A stretch of DNA of 63,768 nucleotides, counting the filler, from Folioceros fuciformis (lineage: Eukaryota), in the NCBI GenBank assembly GCA_049999805.1. It is 25 parts of 25 records of this genome, joined end to end, with 100 filler letters (N's around TTAATTAATTAA, not from the genome) between each part and the next. Parts side by side here need not be neighbours in the genome. Positions count along the whole stretch, not along the records: positions 44,827 to 48,040 come from JBNGIO010000042.1; positions 48,141 to 49,852 come from JBNGIO010000043.1; positions 49,953 to 51,963 come from JBNGIO010000044.1; positions 52,064 to 53,404 come from JBNGIO010000045.1; positions 53,505 to 57,172 come from JBNGIO010000046.1; positions 57,273 to 58,427 come from JBNGIO010000047.1; 19 more parts are not named here. The stretch is one strand, 5' to 3'. The notes under the pieces were generated by a model. It had not been told where the DNA came from and did no database searches. It was given only the letters and a program-made list of their open reading frames with translations. Each line of letters starts with the position of its first letter. Position 1 is the first letter of the stretch. The position numbers were made by a program, and so were the translations under genes. Below are positions 45,114 through 58,427 of the stretch, piece after piece.

Positions 45114-48100
45114 TTTTGTAAGTGGAACGCTGCAGAGTGAATAGACGAGATTCGAGGCCGGTGCTTCCTTTGAAGCTGCGTAAGGAAGGGGGCGTTACTT
45201 CTGAGATCCTTTAGCATATTAGGGACATCACAAATATTTTGAAGGTTGTTGTGTGTCTGCCACCTCGCTATGTGAGTGAGATGAGATAAAAAGAGTCAAC
45301 AGACCTTTCAAAACGTGACTACAACCAGCTCAAGTTGACTGCTAGTTCAAGAACTGGTGCTCTGCGTTCTCGAGCTAGCCCTGTGCACATGGTTAGCACA
45401 GTCTACAAATCACCAAGAGCAGACTTGCTAGAAACGAACAATGATGGAATCATGCAGCTGGAGAACATAAAAAATGTGCTGTAGGTCTGATGCGGGCATG
45501 TAAAGGAGCGGGCTTAATTACTGCTTCTCAACCTGCTCCAGTGAACACTTCTGCGGAGATTCCTGAGAACTCGTCAATTCCACTGATCAGATTCCCACTG
45601 GCCTACAATGAAAATGACATGAGAGCAGTATCCGACATAGCACCAACAATACTGGAAAATGTGGTTGCTGACACAACACAGGGCTGGACCCCGATAACCG
45701 CTACTTCGTCAATGTGAGCCCATAACTAGCCTGAACAGGTCTTATCCTGGTTCAAGCCTCAAACTGGGTTGCTGGTCTATTTACGGCATCAAAGAATTTG
45801 AAGGCTTGCAACAGGGAGATAAGATCAAGCCTCTTCGGATGCCAATTCTTGGAAAACACTTCATTCAAAACGGGTCACTCCTTCTACCCTCTATTCATCT
45901 ATCGCAAGCCTCAGTGCACAATCACATATCATAATTTGTGGTAGACGGTTCGTTGATCGCAGGAACCTTGACAGAATCATACTTCCAGCTGCGAGCCCAG
46001 ACCTCGCCTAAGTAGGTGGGTACATCCTATTCAGGCTTCAAACTTGGGCCACTATCCCATTTACGGCATCATGAAGCTCAACGTTTGCTCCTAACACATA
46101 GATCAAGCCCCTCCACATGCCCAGTCCTGAAAGCATTGACTTCTAGCAGCTTGATTCCCACTTCACTCTAATCGAATTCACAATACGTCGTACAAGGACA
46201 TGGTTGAAATGTGGTCACAGCACCAGGGCAGTAGCGTGCTTCTCAAAGTCGTCCTACAGTATGTTCCAGCCCGCAAGTTCCAGAAACAAAGACGAGCCCT
46301 GAAGATGATTCAGACCTTAAACCACCAACCAAAGACATTCGTATCCAAAATGCCAGCTCCAATCTGCACACTCTATTAATACCCTGGAGGCAACCATGCC
46401 ATATCCAACAAGCACTTATCTTGGAAGAAGAGCAGATTGTTCAATTGACGTAAGTAGCCAACTTCCCTGGCTTGAAGGTAGCCTTTCCCATGACTTACGA
46501 GTGCCCCTTACAGTCCAGACTTATCCTTCCGTGCAGTAATCTCATGGGAGATTAGTAGTCAAGAGTTGTTTGTTGTCAAACATGTAAAGAAGGGAATAGG
46601 AGACAAGGCCAAACCCTTGGCAAGGCGATACAACCTTCCAGCTAATGATATTATTAGTCAGGAGACACTTCAGTGCAGAGGTCACGATGGTCAACATAGG
46701 AAGGGTGGTCCGGTCGCCACCGAGTTACCATCACAAAGCATAATAGTTTCGAACTGCCATCCATCATTCATTACTACAAACGCACAAATTGGTCATGACA
46801 CCCGGTTGACCAACGGTGACAACAAGGAAACAACTAAAAAATGAGAAATCTGATATCCTCGCACACTAAGATATCATCCGAGTAGCTGAGCGACGACAGC
46901 AGCATGGCTGGTTCTGAGTACTGTACATGCTGGGGTCAAAATATGTCTCAGGGCTCGTGAGACCATGGACGAACCTGCACAGACCAATAAAAGGGGCTGG
47001 ACCTCCTTAGAAGGGGAGATTCAAATGCAGGAGAATTACCAGTGGACGTTTCTGACCGGTGACGACGACATAACATCGAACCCACTGATGAACCATCCAA
47101 CACACAAGGAGAGACTTCAAAATCCGGTATCACTCAATTTCCAAATGACTCAAAGGGGTCAGGCACACGTTCAGGCTTGTAAGCGACAGTAACACCGGTG
47201 GTTTAGACTGCAAGAAAACTCAGCAAAGGGATAATGCTGCACAATTTGTCATCAGGCCACCGAATAAGATTGCATGCAACTCATGTGGCTAATGGTACGA
47301 TCCGGAGAACCATCTCCAAGATCATTGGAGTCAGGCGTCTCCTTGGAAAGCCAGGATGTCGAGCAAGGAGATGCTCCAACCATGGCTATCCATACTCACA
47401 TGAAAAGGCTGATACCCTTCGTGGCAAAGCTGAGCGCCTGAGCATCAGATTTCTAACCAACAATCGGGACTTGCCTATGAGGTGAACAGGGTTTAGGGCT
47501 CAGGGCTTACGGTCTTCGAGACCGCGGAAATCAGGACTCGCCAATAGAGGTCACCTACGTTGAAGCTAAAGATGAACTGGCCAATCGAGGCCCCGCCACA
47601 TCGACTAACGTGGTGTATTTACGACGTTATTAAATTCAGAGGTCTGACAAAAGCAGATAGATTATGATGGCGTTCCGCATAGGAGAGTTCCACATCCTTC
47701 CTGCACAAGGCGTTGCACAATGCACAAAAAGGGATCAGACATTAGATCTTAACTCCATGACAAAGAACCCTCGAGCTCGAGCACAAGTTAGATCTATGTC
47801 GTGCAAAAGGCAAAGGGAGCATGCATGCAAGCAAACAGACAGAAAGGATTTACAAATAAATACTTTATCATAAATTTATCTAACTGTTGACAATCCACTC
47901 AGCCAGTTCTTGTCTTTTGTTCACGTTTTCTCCGTAAGAATCCAGACCAATTGAGACGTACAGTACCTGTAATTTGCTCCGGAGATTGGCCATACAGATT
48001 TTCTTGGTCTCGTGATGTTGTCCAGGCCAAACGGCAACAGNNNNNNNNNNNNNNNNNNNNNNNNNNNNNNNNNNNNNNNNNNNNTTAATTAATTAANNNN

Positions 48101-48140
48101 NNNNNNNNNNNNNNNNNNNNNNNNNNNNNNNNNNNNNNNN

Positions 48141-49460
48141 GCTGAAAGTGAGGGGGACGAATCCACCGTTGCTGGAGTGGAAGGAGCACTTTCTTCCCTT
48201 ATTCCCTGAACGGCCAGTTGTGTTTGCAGTGGAAAGCGAGAGGGACGAATCCACCGCTGCTGGAGTGGAGGGAGAGCTCCTCCTTCCCTTATTCCCTGAG
48301 TTGGTTGGCTGCATTTTGAATCTGGAGTTGAAGAGAGTGTGAGTTGAGAAGGAGAAGGAGTATGTGAGAGAAGAGAATGTGTGGAGAAGAAGAAGTGTTG
48401 GAGAATGCATGAGAAGAGTGAGTAAGAAGAGGAGGAGAAGGAGGCTGAAAAGATGGAGTGAGTTGAGAAGAAGAGAGTGAGGACTGATTTTTGTCTGTAG
48501 CTGAGAAGAGGGGGACAAATCCACCGCTGCTGGAGTGGAGGGAGATTTCCTCCCTCCCTTATTCCCTGAACCATCAGCTGCGTGCTAAATCTGATTGTTG
48601 GAGACATTGTTCAAGAGTTGGAGAAAACGGCTAAGAAGATTGCAGGAGAATGGAGGAGGAATGCTGAAGAGTGGATGCGAAATCTAGAGAGTTGCTGCGA
48701 GATTTTGAGGTGTTTGTAAGCGGCTATGGAAGCCTATGGAGACCCATGAGAAATTGTGAGGGATTGTGGGGAGTTGTGAAGGATTTGTTGGAGATTGGTG
48801 GGCATTGCTGAAGATTGAAGCCCTTGGGGGCAGGCCTGCGAGAATAATTGTGATCCAGAGCCCTTATGTGTGTTTTGTATGTGTGTGGAGTGTTGCATGA
48901 GTGAGTGGGGAGGTGTGGCTGATGCGCAAGGCTTTGTTCCCCAAGGATCAGCCCTTGCATGTGTGGGGAGGCATGGAATAACCCAGCTCTGTGAGTCTGG
49001 AAGGTCTAAGGCAGAAACCCATAGCTGGAAACCCGTGGCGACGCCTGTGCCGGAAATAATTAGTTAGGGTTTGGGGTGGGACCCACCTCGGAGGTAGCCG
49101 AAGCGGCTACCGGTAGTTAACAGACCACGGAGGTAGCCGAAGCGGCTACCGGTGGTCGAAAGACAACGGTAGTAGTCCACTAGGGAACGAAGGGTAGCCC
49201 AGTGGGCAACCAAGAGTAGTCTAGGGGGGGGTAGTCCCTGGAGCGACTAGGTGGTAGGAGAGTCGTCCGGTGGGAGAAGTAAGGGGGCTGGGTAAGGACC
49301 GAGCACTGGACGTGTGTGTGTGGGTCAGTCGAGTTTAGGTGCTAATTGACTTTAGAAGCTAACCTGTGTAGTTTAACACGAATCGTTCCCTTGGGATCAA
49401 ATCCCAGAGCTACAACGACATAGAGGGCTTGTGTGGACCTCGCGGTACCCCCGGGTACCA
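48141..49460 (+). repeat. Probable 3' part of another long LTR (family D) inserted in a family C LTR
   Basis: Ends ...GGGTACCA abutting family C sequence. ~60-bp subrepeats at 48150, 48239 and 48508. Confidence 0.5.
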
Positions 49461-49699
49461 TATTTTAACCCCACAGGAAGCTTCACAAGAAGCGCACAAG
49501 AAGCTGCGCAAGAAGCTTCCTACAAATTAGCTTAAGCTAATCTAAACAAATGATACTTAACTAGACACTAATCTTAGACTAAACACATTAGTCTAAACAC
49601 ATTGAGCTTTAATAACCCTACAACCTCCCACTTAAAGGCCAATTAACCTTCATAAGAGAGTGGTCTACATAATGCCCATGACTGTCCGAGCTTGTGCAA

Positions 49700-49852
49700 A
49701 TTGAGTGGATGATGGTCTTTCTTGGTCGCCTCATTGAGCTTGCTGAAGTCCTGGCAAACCCTCACCTTGCCAGCTTGCTTCTTAGGCACCACCACAATTG
49801 GAGCTACCCACTCACTAGTTAGGATAGGATAGATGACTCCAGCCTCCAAGTA
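49700..49852 (-). mobile_element. Ty3/gypsy RT N-terminal fragment joined directly to the 3' UTR, PPT and LTR of family C
   Basis: LEAGVIYPILTSEWVAPIVVVPKK..VRVCQDFSKLNEATKKDHHPL, then sequence matching 29745-29827. Confidence 0.85.
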
Positions 49853-50132
49853 NNNNNNNNNNNNNNNNNNNNNNNNNNNNNNNNNNNNNNNNNNNNTTAA
49901 TTAATTAANNNNNNNNNNNNNNNNNNNNNNNNNNNNNNNNNNNNNNNNNNNNGAAGAGAGGGTGGTATTGGTGATCACAACCATGAAAACAATACACATC
50001 ACCACTGTCTTACTATGGAGGTCCGAGGTCTCCATTTAAGTAGTACATTTAGGGCTACACAACTTCCAGGTTCAATATGGCATAATCTACACTATCCTAA
50101 GTTCACTAATAACTAGAACTAGTCTAGTATGA

Positions 50133-50193
50133 ACCCAACTGGGGTAACTAACACCACATGAGTTTAGCTCATATAGAGCTCGATAACTCAACA
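50133..50193 (+). repeat. Family F terminus (...GATAACTCAACA), probable LTR end
   Basis: Near-identical copy at 62439-62499 with a different right flank. Confidence 0.75.
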
Positions 50194-52399
50194 AAGGGGA
50201 GGGACAAGAGGCCTGTGGAGAGCGAGGTCATCTAGTGGGGATCTAGCGGGCTGACAAATCCCAAGGCCAGGAGGCGGCTGTGAATCCTTTAAAGGCAAAT
50301 ATGCAGGACAGTTTTTCCACTCCCCTGGACGAAGTTCGGTCTCGGGAGGCATCGTGCTTGCTGCTTGGCAACACACATCACGTGAACGCTCTGGCAAGTC
50401 CTGAGTCAGACGCTGCTGCTAGGGAGGATGGCGAGAGTGGGGTGGAGTGTGACTCAGTTTGTGGCTGGGTAGGTCAGGAGGAGACGGGAGTGTAGACAGT
50501 CCCTAATGTTGGAGTCCACCAGGCAGGGCGGGCACAGGATGGGAAGCTGAATTTGGTAGTTTCCCCGCCCACCGCTGGTAAGAAGGCGCAATCTCCCTTT
50601 GGGCTTGGGGCAGCTAATGTGGATCATCTGGGGGAAGACTCTTCCAATAATCAAATGTCGGCTTCTAAGGTGGGGAGCGGACATTTTGAAGCCATTCGGG
50701 TGGCTGAGTCGTCATCGATGCTCCCGGCTTCAGGGAATGATGGAATACTAGATACGCTCTCTGGGTCTAATCCAGGATCCAACACGGTTTTTGATGAGCT
50801 GACGGCATCGACTCCCCAGACGTTTTGTGATAGGTTGGCTCCTGCGAGCTCGATTCAGGGGACAAGCTCTGTCATTTTCGCTCAAGCAGTTGGGGAGGAA
50901 GTGGGAAGGGAATCCCCCAAGGTGCCTCATGGGCCTCCGTTTCCCGCTTCTACACGAGGGAACCCAACATTCCACAACCTGCCGGTTTTGGGTCACCAGT
51001 CTCCCGGGCTTGGGGGTAACCCCGGTTTTGTTGGAACCATAGTGCTAGGCGCTGAAACGGCTTCCAGTCCCGTTGCGTAGAAAGTGGTATCAACGTCTGT
51101 GTTGACCACAAGCACACGGAGGAGCATGGAGGTGGGTGTGGGGAAGAGGACTCGTGTCTCGGACGATCTGTCATTAGGTAATCAGCGGTAGGACCAGATA
51201 GCTATGGCCAAGGCAAGGAAGGTGTTGAATAAAGTTGTTCAACGCATGGCCTTGGATATCACCTCCCTGGAAGGGAAAAAAAGTAAGGTGCTGGAAGGGA
51301 CAAGGGGTGGCAATAGATCTCTCGAGAAAGCTTCTGCTGGTGTGGGGAACGCCCCATTAGCAGTCCGCAAGCACCACAGACTTGGAGCAGGATGGGGGTC
51401 TGGAAGGGGTGGAAGTGGTTATGTGTGTTTCGGAAAACCCGAGGTGGACTGTACCAACCCCATAAAATGTGCCAACCCCACCCTGAGAGATAATGCGGTG
51501 TACACATCCAAGGAGGACTTATTCTCCACCCCTTGTGCTGAGGACGAGGAGGACGCTGACACTGTCTGGCATGAGGTGCAGGCCGTTTTCTCCGGGGATG
51601 AAGGAAGCACCTCTCCATTAAACTCCTTGGAAAAGGACTTGGTGCGGGCTAAGGTGGTGCAGGCTAAGGTGGTGCAGGATGGATATTCTCCTTCAGGGTA
51701 GGAGGTATCATATTTGCCAAGTTGTCAGGAGCTCAGGAAGGCGGAAGGTACAACAAGGAGGAAAGGCAGACTTTTTACGATCAACTTAACGGTTATGAGA
51801 AAGGTTTAGGACCTTTATTCTTTTCTGGTGGTGATAGGAGATGGGGGGGAACAGCTACCCCTTAGCATCACACTACATCAACTGCATGCAGCGCAGGAAA
51901 AGATTTTTTACTTCTTGTCTGCCGAAGGGGTTCCTGTAGGCAAGGAGGGTAAGGAAGTGGAATNNNNNNNNNNNNNNNNNNNNNNNNNNNNNNNNNNNNN
52001 NNNNNNNTTAATTAATTAANNNNNNNNNNNNNNNNNNNNNNNNNNNNNNNNNNNNNNNNNNNNAATTAGCACAAAGAAAAATAGGAAAAATGACCAGAAA
52101 ATCAAGAAAAATTAGGGAAAATAAGTTGAAAAAGAAAACCAAACCATACCACTATTAACCCTTTTTCAACCAAAACAAACCACTACCCCAAACTTTGGAG
52201 GTTCACACACCTCTAAAAGCTATCAGGAGGTCCAACAGAAACAAACCTACACGAAGTGAATGGAAAGAGCCACCATACACTCCTGGTGATACCCTCATAG
52301 GTCACATGGAGTGCCAGGCATCCTCCATCTCTCAACCTCACACCGACCACTTGGAAGATGCTGCACACTAGGCACTGTCAGCCATTGAAATGCATGGAG

Positions 52400-53404
52400 T
52401 ACCCTATCCATAGACGAGCTTCACTAGAATGGACAGCCACAGTACAATCAGAGTACGACTCCCTAATGAGCAACAAAACTTGAAAATTGGTGGACTTACT
52501 GAAAGGAAGAAAACCTATCTCCTGCAAGTGGGCATTCAGGCGCAAACTGAATCCAGATGGAACAGTAGCAAGACATAAGGCCAAACTCGTTGCAAGAGGC
52601 TTCACTCAAATCCCTGGCTTCGACTACGAGGAAACCAGACTTTTTAGTCCAGTAGTGAAGTTGACCTCCATTAGAATTCTTCTCGCCTTTGCAGCACACC
52701 ATCACCTACAAGTATACCAAGTTGATATCAAAACCGCTTTCCTTTACGGAACACTCAGCGAAGACATATATATGCTGCAACCACCGGAATTCGTGAAGGA
52801 CTCACAAAAGGAACACTACGTGGATCAGTTACTTGAGAGGTTCAAACTCAAAGATGTGAAACTAGTCTCGACTCCGATAGCCATCGGAGAGAAGATATCA
52901 GCAGAGGACTACCCCAGCACACCTAAAGAAACAAGAGAGATGCAGCAAGTCCCATACAGCGAGGCAGTCGGAAGCCTGCTGTACCTATCCATATGGACCA
53001 GACCCGACATATCCCAAGCAGTAAACATAGCATCAAGATACCTTTCGAACCCAGGAAGAGCACACTGGACTTGCGTAAAACGAGTGTTCCACTACCTCAA
53101 GGGAACAAGATCCCTAGGATTGCTGTACAGAGGTATACCTACCAAGCTCACACTCCTATCTCACTCCAACGCAGACTGGGCAGGTGACCCAGATGCAAGG
53201 AAGTCGATAGTTGCATACTGTATGAGCATTAACAACTCGACAGTCTCCTGGAGCTACAAGAAAATGCATATAGTGTGCTTATCAAGCACAGAAGCAGAAT
53301 ACGCAGCAACTTCACTCGTAGCCAAAGAAATCCTGTGGATATGCCAGTTCCTGCCTTCTGCGTCGCATTGCCTTGCCTTGCCTTTCCTTGCTATGCCGTG
53401 ACAC
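52400..53404 (+). pseudogene. Ty1/copia RT-RNase H with in-frame deletion of the RT catalytic core
   Basis: QPPEFVKD joins SQKEHYVDQLL; YGLKQ and YVDD are absent. Confidence 0.85.
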
Positions 53405-53719
53405 NNNNNNNNNNNNNNNNNNNNNNNNNNNNNNNNNNNNNNNNNNNNTTAATTAATTAANNNNNNNNNNNNNNNNNNNNNNNNNNNNNNNNNNNNNNNN
53501 NNNNTGGGTAACATTTAAGGAGGTGTAACAATTAGAGAATTTAAGTATTTATCAAAAAAAAATTAAATTTATTAAACATATTTAAATTTATTAAAAATAT
53601 TTAAAACATGAAATATATCATATACTGTTATTTATTTATCATATATTTTAATAAATGTATAGTAAAATATTATATACTTAATAATATTATAAATTTATAA
53701 TAAATAAAATAAGAAATGA

Positions 53720-54358
53720 ACTTCAAAATGGCCTAAAAAACGGGTTATTTCTACTTGTTTCAAGAAGACCTAACTTGCTTTAAAACTTCTTTGTCAATCT
53801 ATTGCAAATTTCTAATTGTAGACATCATGTCGTTTGGTTGTTGCTCCAAAAGCATGTGTATCACCCCCAAGTGCATCTTCCACTTGAGCACGACCTAAAA
53901 TAGGCCTTTCTTGATAATATTCTTCAGAAGAATTTTCAACATCGACAACTTCATTTTCGAGTGGAGGTTAAATGGAAGCCCATATATCATCTGTATCCGG
54001 AGTAGAAAAGATAGCACATGCATTTGTCACCTCATAATCAACAAATTCTTGTGCATACATAGTAGGCGTCAATCCAGTTGTGCCAAGTCCCAAATCCCTC
54101 AGCTGACAAAGAAGCATTTCTATTTCTGCATAATCTCTATTGAACAAATCTTCATGTGTTGCTTCGTTGTCTTGCTATTGCTCATCATCATTGTTAGGAT
54201 CCCATGTCTCAAAACTAAGTTGATTCAAGCTTATATCCGACATGCTAGCACTTGCTCTCTCCTGCCATAACCTAGAGTGTTTCCAACAATTTCTAATGAT
54301 TTTCCCTTTAACATCGATACGCCAAGCTTTTTCCAACAGTCACAGCAAGATATACATC
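53720..54358 (-). pseudogene. pogo/Tigger-like (DDE_1) transposase C-terminal remnant
   Basis: DVYLAV/LLEKAWRIDVKGKIIRNCWKHSRLW, an acidic tail and terminal KQVEITRF; frameshifted. Confidence 0.6.
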
Positions 54359-54360
54359 TG

Positions 54361-55882
54361 AGGGTATGGAGCTTGGAGTGGAGCAAAGGATGGTGACTCA
54401 ACTAGGGCCAGCGATTTCCACTGTGTAGTGGCCAAACATGGACCACTAGAAGGTTCGTGCAAGCTCCTTAGTGCAGGAGCTGGGCTAGGATTCATGGGGA
54501 AGAAGTGGTGTTATGGCAGCCTTGCGCTAGTACAGGAGTGTTCCTAGTACCTGAAAGTGAGGGTGCTAGAGGGAAGCCTGAGGCAAAGACTGCAGGACTG
54601 GAGCCTGGAGCTTTTTTAGGAGGTATACGAACGGGAAGAGGCAAAGCAGGGAGGCATCGTAATCAACCTTTAGAGAAAGAAGACTTTGAAGACCACCGTG
54701 ACTGCGCTCATGAAGCCTGGAGAGGTGAGAACTAACAACGGCTAGGTAGTCTGCCAGTTGGCTTCAGCCTTATTGGTCAGGCTAGCCAAATGAATTTTGT
54801 GCTTCCTGCAAAGCAAGAAGATAGATCATATAGCCGATCATTTTCTAGTCTTCCTTCATGAGGTAGTTAGTGGTGCCCAAGTGAACTGGACCCGGATTAT
54901 TTTTGAACGGGCATGTGAAGAAAGGGCCAACCTGTTAGCGAATTCACCCCATCCCTCCCTCCTCTCACCCTTCTTGATTCATCTTTTTGCCCATACTAAG
55001 TGCTTAACCGAGTTGGAAGTGGTGTCCTCCATCCATAGTTGGAAGCGAGTCAAGGAGGTCAAGGTTGAGGAAGAACCTAGAAATGCTTCGGGGGAGGATT
55101 CCAGCAGCTGGGAGTCTGAGACACTGGGAGATTCAGAAGGGGATATCGCAACCATCAAGAAGAGGAAGGCTCAAACCACAGGCCGAGGTGAGGCCAAGAG
55201 AGGAAAGATCGGGCAAGGGGAACAGGATGTGGCAACCCCGACCACAAGAGCCAAGGTTGCCATGGAATTGCGGGAAGAACTTGGGAAGGGGAAGAGGCAA
55301 CCCGCACCCACTGCAGCACGGAAAAACAATGGGCCAAGAGTTAATGAACCTGCAGTTGGAGTAGGAGGGTTAGTGTTAGCGGCGGAGGGTTCAGAGGAGT
55401 GGGAGGATATTTTCGGGGCCTCACCCTTTAGCAGACCAACAGGGGCGAAAGCGGAAGGCGTAGCCTGAGTAAAAGAGTGGCTCTGGAAAGGGATAGGGCT
55501 GAGTGCGACCCAGATCAGCGACCTATAGGGATTGTCCTTAGCCATAGCCTAGACCCAGACGGATATGCTCAACCAAGTCACAATGGCGCTCACATGGCTT
55601 AGCATGCAAGGGCAGTAGCAGAAGGTGCTGAAGGAAAAGCTGGAAGAGGTTGAAGGAAGAAATAAGGTAGCGGAGGACCGATGGAAGGTGAGTGACGAGT
55701 TGCTGGGTAAAGCACAAGAGGAGTTGAAGGTACTGGCAAATCAACAGGAAGCCTTGGTGAAGCAGGTGAAAACAGTCCATGTCACAATCGAAGAGCTTCA
55801 GAATGAAATCTCGCGGACTCGGGAGCTAGTTGCGACCCTGGACAAATTCAAAAAGCTAGCTGAGAGATACAAGAGGGGATGA
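54361..55882 (+). pseudogene. Degenerate retrotransposon accessory ORF with C-terminal coiled coil
   Basis: FLHEVVSGAQVNWTRIIFER motif, a charged linker and a heptad-rich end (LKEKLEEVEGRNK...IEELQNEI). Confidence 0.5.
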
Positions 55883-57272
55883 TATGAGGCAAGGTCTAGG
55901 TCAGGGAAATCAAAGAAGGGGAAGAGTTTCGCTACCACGGTGGATGAAGCCGCAACCGTAGTGGAATCAACCACGGTTGCCAAACCTGGAACTAGGGTGG
56001 CTGAGCCAGCAACTATGGGGAAGGAGGGATGGGAATGGTGGAACCAGCTACCGACAAACCTATGGTAAGGGGGTAGGCAACACCCTTGGAATGTAGGAGG
56101 CAGCCACCCAGGACTGTCAACGAGAGGAGTGGGTAAGGACCTCTCCAGTAGGGGGCCACATCGTGCTACCATGTAGGGATGAAGATACCCATGTCCCTAG
56201 CTTCCAATTGCATGGTAAGCGGGATCTCACTCTAAATGTGTATGTGGTGGTTGGAAAAAAGAGGGGGCCAAAATACTGGTTGCATCTTTTAACAGCCACA
56301 GGCTATTACCACTCGTTCTTGCGAATGGGTGTCGGAGCGTACCCTTCACAAGTGAGACTACAGGAGATGATAGAAGAGGAAGTGTGGGCTTGGGTGGAAG
56401 CCCACACGGTGTGGTTGTCCAATGATGAAGAACCAAAGGGGAGCCCTAGGAGAGTGGAAAGAGCTGTGAACAGTGGGAGTGAAGTAGAGGCATTATGGGA
56501 AGATCTCCCGGATCAGCAACGGGGTAGAAGGGCCTGGGGGATTCTAAGAGAGTGGAGGCCGAGATGGCCATAGCGGAGACGGGCACGATAATCTAGGAGG
56601 CACTAGGTCATAATCTTATTATAGGATAAATAATTCATAAAGTTTGAACCGAGTAGTGTTGACCGTAGAAGCGTGCTAGGAACCTTTAATTATTTCTTAA
56701 GACTCTGAAAGGCTGTGGCAATAATGACGCTCCAAGGCTGGATGTATGAGGGGCAGGGTTACGTCCCTCTTGATAGACAATTCCAGGTGTGAACTTCTGT
56801 ATGTTGAATTTGTGCGCTGTGGGTTGGAGACATCCGATTGATGGAGGCCTGATTTGGCATGCTGTCCCCCCCTCATCACAACAGGACCATGAAGATCCTT
56901 GGGGTGGTCAAGCGCTGTGTGACCAACTTTGCAACTGGTGTGGCTAGTGGAAGGGGTGCTTCGCACATGTGAGGAAGAGAAATTTTTGCAGAAGGTTAGG
57001 GTTGTAGGGTTATTAAAGCCCAATGTGCTTAGACTAATGTGATTAGTCTAATTAGACTAATGTAATTAGTCTAATATCAGTGTCTAATTAAGTATCATTA
57101 GTTTAGATTAGCTTAAGCTAATCTTTAGGAGGCTTCTTGCATAGCTTCCTGTGAGCTTCTTGTGAAGCTTCCNNNNNNNNNNNNNNNNNNNNNNNNNNNN
57201 NNNNNNNNNNNNNNNNTTAATTAATTAANNNNNNNNNNNNNNNNNNNNNNNNNNNNNNNNNNNNNNNNNNNN

Positions 57273-57368
57273 CCCTAACCCTAACCCTAACCCTAACCCT
57301 AACCCTAACCCTAACCCTAACCCTAACCCTAACCCTAACCCTAACCCTAACCCTAACCCTAACCCTAA
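57273..57368 (+). repeat. Telomeric repeat (CCCTAA)16, i.e. TTAGGG type
   Basis: Perfect hexamer array at the contig start. Confidence 0.95.
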
Positions 57369-58427
57369 TAGAAGGAAAGTAAAGCTTTTACTACTTTCTA
57401 TTCTAGCTATATAAGATATAGTAGCTTTATCTACTAAAATACTCTAAATTACGGCTTTTTATTAGCTATAGAAGGTAGTATTAGACTCTATATTTATATA
57501 TAAGAGATTTTATAGATTATTATATTTTCTTTTTATAGTATAATTAATAAGATAGTCTTATTCTTTAGTATATTTATAGTCTTTAAAATAGCTAACTATA
57601 TTAAATCTAAAAGCTTTATACTATTCTTATAATATAGTAAAAAGTCTTTATACTATACTTTCTTCTAAATAAAGTATCTTTAATATTTCTATAGTATATA
57701 CTTACTTTTCTATATTAGGTATATAGTTTAATTATAGCTTAATATTATCTACGTACTATTCTTTAAGAATTTTCTAGACTTCTTTAGATTCTAGAAGCTA
57801 AATACTTTTCTCTATATAATTCTTTAATATATATTAACTAAATATAATTATAATATAACGTATAATACTAGAGCTAATTTTAACTTCTAGATATCTTTTA
57901 GTTACTCTTTTTATTATAGTTAATATATATATAGATATTTTATATTACTTACTAGTTTTATCTATTTAGATAAATAAACTCTATACTTAAAAATAAACTA
58001 TACTTTTAGATCTATCTTATAGTATTATAGTTAAGAATACGTAGAAAGAGTATATAAGTTAAAAATACTATACTAAAAGATTACTAACTTTCTATAGTAG
58101 AAACTAGTATATAATTTTTAGTAATTTATTATAATTATATCTCTTATAGTATCTTAGAATAATAGTAAGAAGGTTATTAAATATAAATATATTCTACTTT
58201 CTATCTACTACGCTATTTTTATATTAGATACTTAGTACTTTTATAAGATATCTAGGTTAGCTACTAGTAAAATAGATAAGTAAAAAAAATACTTCTAGAA
58301 ACTTTTAAATATATTTATAGTATTACTTAGACTTATTATAATTAAGCTATAGTTAAATAGTCTACTACTTATAGTAGTTCTCTTTAACTACTTTAACTAT
58401 TCTTATATAAATAAAGAACTTTCTATA
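57369..58427. other. RIP-mutated AT-rich subtelomeric DNA, probably from an ascomycete fungus
   Basis: On line-by-line reading, no CpA or TpG dinucleotide in ~1.06 kb and abundant TpA. Confidence 0.85.

Noticed and set aside
47990-48040. LPFGLDN as a gypsy RT motif
   Set aside because: Too short, at a contig edge, with no following RT motifs.
50280-51963. ORFs of 165-175 aa as genes
   Set aside because: Low-complexity, interrupted and without recognisable motifs; probably decayed TE sequence.
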